DNA of 64,000 nucleotides from the NCBI RefSeq assembly GCF_020745735.1, contig NW_026867531.1:186001-250000 (forward strand), read 5' to 3'. A program made the translations under genes and the position numbers. The stretch is from Hemiscyllium ocellatum. Lineage: Eukaryota. Numbering within the stretch: the first letter of the stretch is position 1; the number at the start of each line of letters is the position of its first letter. Below the pieces are notes generated by a model. That model was not told where the DNA came from and did no database searches. It worked only from the letters and a program-made list of their open reading frames with translations. Positions 61,051-64,000 of the stretch are shown here, piece after piece.

Positions 61051-62979
61051 GGTGCTTGCTGCCCATTGGTCAGAGTGGAGACATCTTACCCATCAAGCTG
61101 CGTGAGCCTTTCACACCCCCATGTCTTATTGATGAGGCACAGCGGTAGCACGGAAGGAAAGGAAAGCAAATCCTGCTCTCCATATCTCACTGAGTCTTGG
61201 AACATTCTGTCCCATGAGTCAAAGATCTGCCCTGTTCAGTCACATGAAGTCCCAAGGTGGAAACTCATAGAAACCCACATAGATTTCCCCCTGAATTGAT
61301 ACTGCCCTCCACAAGGGGGAATGTGTCCAATCATCCTGGGCCAGGAGGAGGGGATGGTGTGAGTTTCTAACCTGAAGTGACAGTGATGGATTTTATAAAC
61401 TTGTATTACAGGATACTACAGGTGGACATTCAGATGGTAATCTCAGTAATTGTAATGCCAAACTCTGACAGAATTACTCAATTCGTCAGGACCTGGATAT
61501 TCACATTGTGTCTGAGTATTGTATTCCAGCTCAATCCCATTTGCTGCATCAAAGTTCTCCTTTGAATCAGCCCATTGTCTCAATAGATCTCCCCAAACCT
61601 TCAATGTGTTCTGTAACCCTTGTATAATGAGCTGATGGGTGTAAGGTTTATTATTATAACGTGTAACATTTGTAAACCGCTCTGTCACAGCTCCCCTCAA
61701 TTTCCTCTGCTCCAAGGAGAACGATCTCAGTTTCCCCAAACCCCTGATTCCCCAATGTCTGTTTGCTCTCTATAAGGTACACATCAGGATTGTGTTGGAA
61801 CATTCCCCACTTGCCTACATCAGTGCAGCTCCCAACAATATTAAAGAAAGTGACCATCCTCCAGGACAAAGCACTGTGCCTGAGTGGTGTCCCATCCACC
61901 ACCTTCAGCATTCCCTCTCCCCATCCCCGAGGCACAGTGACATCACTGTGTAAAAGGTAAAGTCAGCATTGTCCTCCCAGACCATAGGGCTGCTCTCTCA
62001 TTAGGGAGAGATGGCTGGTGGTGGTTTAACCTGAAGGTTAGCACAACCCAGGCAAGGGGAGAGGTTGAGAAGGAGAGTCCATCTATCGTAGACCGATATT
62101 CTCCATGTATCTGGCAACAACAATATTATAAAAATGAATAGTGTAAAAAAAAATACAGAACTTGCTCCTAAAATCTCCCATTCTTTGAACCATCCTGGTA
62201 AATCTCCTGTGCCCCCCTCTAAGGGACCCTGCCATCCTTCCCAATGTGTGGGCGATCTCTGGTTTGCACAGACCCAGCTGCTCTGTGTTCCTGTGGGTGA
62301 TGTCATCATCGAGCAACAGTTGCACTAAACCTCACTGCCTGGAAGGGTGGGAGACACAGAAATCCCAACAACATTTCAGATATATTTAGGTGCACGCTTG
62401 CGATGCCAAGACAGATAGCGCGATGGACCAAGTATTGGGAAATGGATTAGGATAGTTAGGTGGTAGTTTTCTTTCCTGTCACAGACTCAATGGCCCACAG
62501 AGCCTTTTTCTGTGCTGTAAACCTCAAGACACTTAATATAGGAATATGACAGGCCACCTTTGAAACCAGGTCAGAAAAGGTGATATTAGAATAGATGACA
62601 CATGATTGGTCAATGTGTTTGGGAGGAAAGTGAGATGGAGAGGTTTAGGAGGAATTCTGGAGCTCGGCGCAGGAAACTGAAAGGGCCGTCATTCAGTGAG
62701 AAATAAAAATGGGGTATCCTCAAGGCTGGAATCAAAGAAAAGCAGATGTAGCAGAGCTTTGAGAGACTGGAGGGGATTAGAGTTAGGGAGGGTTCTGAGG
62801 CTGGAGAGGAATTATTAGAGATAAGGAAGAGTTGTGAGGCTGGATGAGGTGATAGTGATAGGCAGAGATGTGAAGAGGGAGGAATGTAGAGATAGCAAGA
62901 ATTAGAGTTGTAGTGTTATATAGCACAGAAACAGACTCTGTGGTCCAATCAATCCATGTCAACCATAATTCCAAACTAA

Positions 62980-63500
62980 GTGAATCTCACCTGCCTCCCC
63001 TTGGTCTATATGCATCCAAACATTTCCTATTATGTACCGGTCCAAATGACTTTCTCGTACAATCCCTATGGCATGGAAACTGACCATTTAGAGTCAGAGT
63101 CATAGAGATGTACAACATGGGAACAGATCCTTCAGTCCAACCCATCCATGCCGACCAGATATCCCAATCCAATCTAGTCCCACCTGCCAGCACCCAGTCC
63201 ATATCCCTCCAAACCCTTCCTAATCATATATCCATCCAAATGCCTCTTAAATGTTGCAATTGTACCAGCCTCCACCACATCCTCTGGCAGCTCATTCCAT
63301 ACACGTACCACCCACTGCGTGAAAAAGTTGCCCCTTAGGTCTCTTTTATATCTTTCCCCTCTCACCCTAAACCTGTGCCCTCTAGTTCTGGACTCCCTGA
63401 CTCCAGGGAAAAAGAAATGCCTATTTATCCTATTCATGTCCCTCATAATTTTGAAAACCTCTATAAGGTCACCCCTCAGCATCCACCGCTCCAGGGAAAA
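62980..63500 (-). mobile_element. CR1 3' end(s)
   Basis: ORF 63174-63575 LRGDLIEVFKIMR...RTRGHRFRVRGER; (agagtc) tail at about 63090. Confidence 0.88.
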
Positions 63501-64000
63501 CAGCCTCTCGACAATGGTTTCATGGCCATCATTAGAGTTTTCATTCCAGATTTTATTGAATTCAATTGCCACCATTTGCCATGGTGGGATTTAAGTCCAG
63601 GTCCCCAGACCATTACCTGGGTCTCCAGGTTGGTTACTACTCCAGTGACAATACCTCATCGGCGATTACCTCCCCTTCTAGTGATGTTAAAAAATGAAAG
63701 CTCTCCTTCTATGATTATAATTTGAGGAAATGAACTGAGACATCTCCAAAGACTTCTTCAAAAGGCTAGAGAGCAGAAATCTGTTTGGAGGAAACAAATC
63801 ATGCTTTTTTGAGATATTTTTTTAAAAATCTTATACTACAGACATGTAATTTCTGAGGCGGGGGAGGGGGGGGAGGGGGCGGGGTTACAGTGATAGCTTC
63901 GTCCGGAGGCTCACTGAAGATGTTACCTAGTATAGTCACGACATGTCTGATCATGAACCTTCCAGCTCAGCGAGCAAACCTACATCCAGAACCCCAACCT

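Noticed and set aside
61060-61400. Non-repetitive block with a donor-like GG|GTAAGA on the minus strand, considered as the missing CH3
   Set aside because: Stops in the examined frames and no Ig-fold motifs.
61933-61950. CACAGTG-acat-CACTGTG, two RSS heptamers in a palindrome
   Set aside because: The orientation is opposite to a signal joint, there is no nonamer at 12 or 23 bp, and it sits at the edge of a LINE relic.
63860-63886. G-quadruplex-forming G tract
   Set aside because: An isolated simple G run with no functional context visible in the window.

Overview
This is vertebrate non-coding DNA dominated by transposon relics, with repeat families typical of a shark or other elasmobranch; the species cannot be determined from the sequence. 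The only recognisable host gene is the 3' end of a cartilaginous-fish immunoglobulin heavy-chain cluster on the minus strand, most likely IgW (IgNAR is the alternative). It comprises three C1-set constant exons (56539-56228, 54257-53949, 53493-53102 with the secretory tail) and the membrane exons TM1 (50330-50203) and TM2 (50063-50055), all with canonical splice sites. The first of these C exons carries an in-frame TGA (56399-56397), while everything downstream is intact. No upstream C, J, D or V exon lies in the remaining 7.4 kb. The other sequence includes CR1 LINEs, a 6-kb cluster of Penelope-like elements, Penelope terminal repeats carrying hammerhead-ribozyme motifs (one apparently intact), tRNA-derived HE1-type SINEs, a hAT (Buster/Charlie) element with TIRs and TSD, a Tigger fragment and Gypsy relics. 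Positions 1-14.5 kb are an old, diverged array of a composite Gypsy+RTE+Penelope-LTR+CR1 unit. An orphan CpG-rich promoter-like patch (CRE, two NRF1-type sites, GC box) lies at about 22.8 kb. TE boundaries are approximate. Family names come from motif recognition, not database searches.
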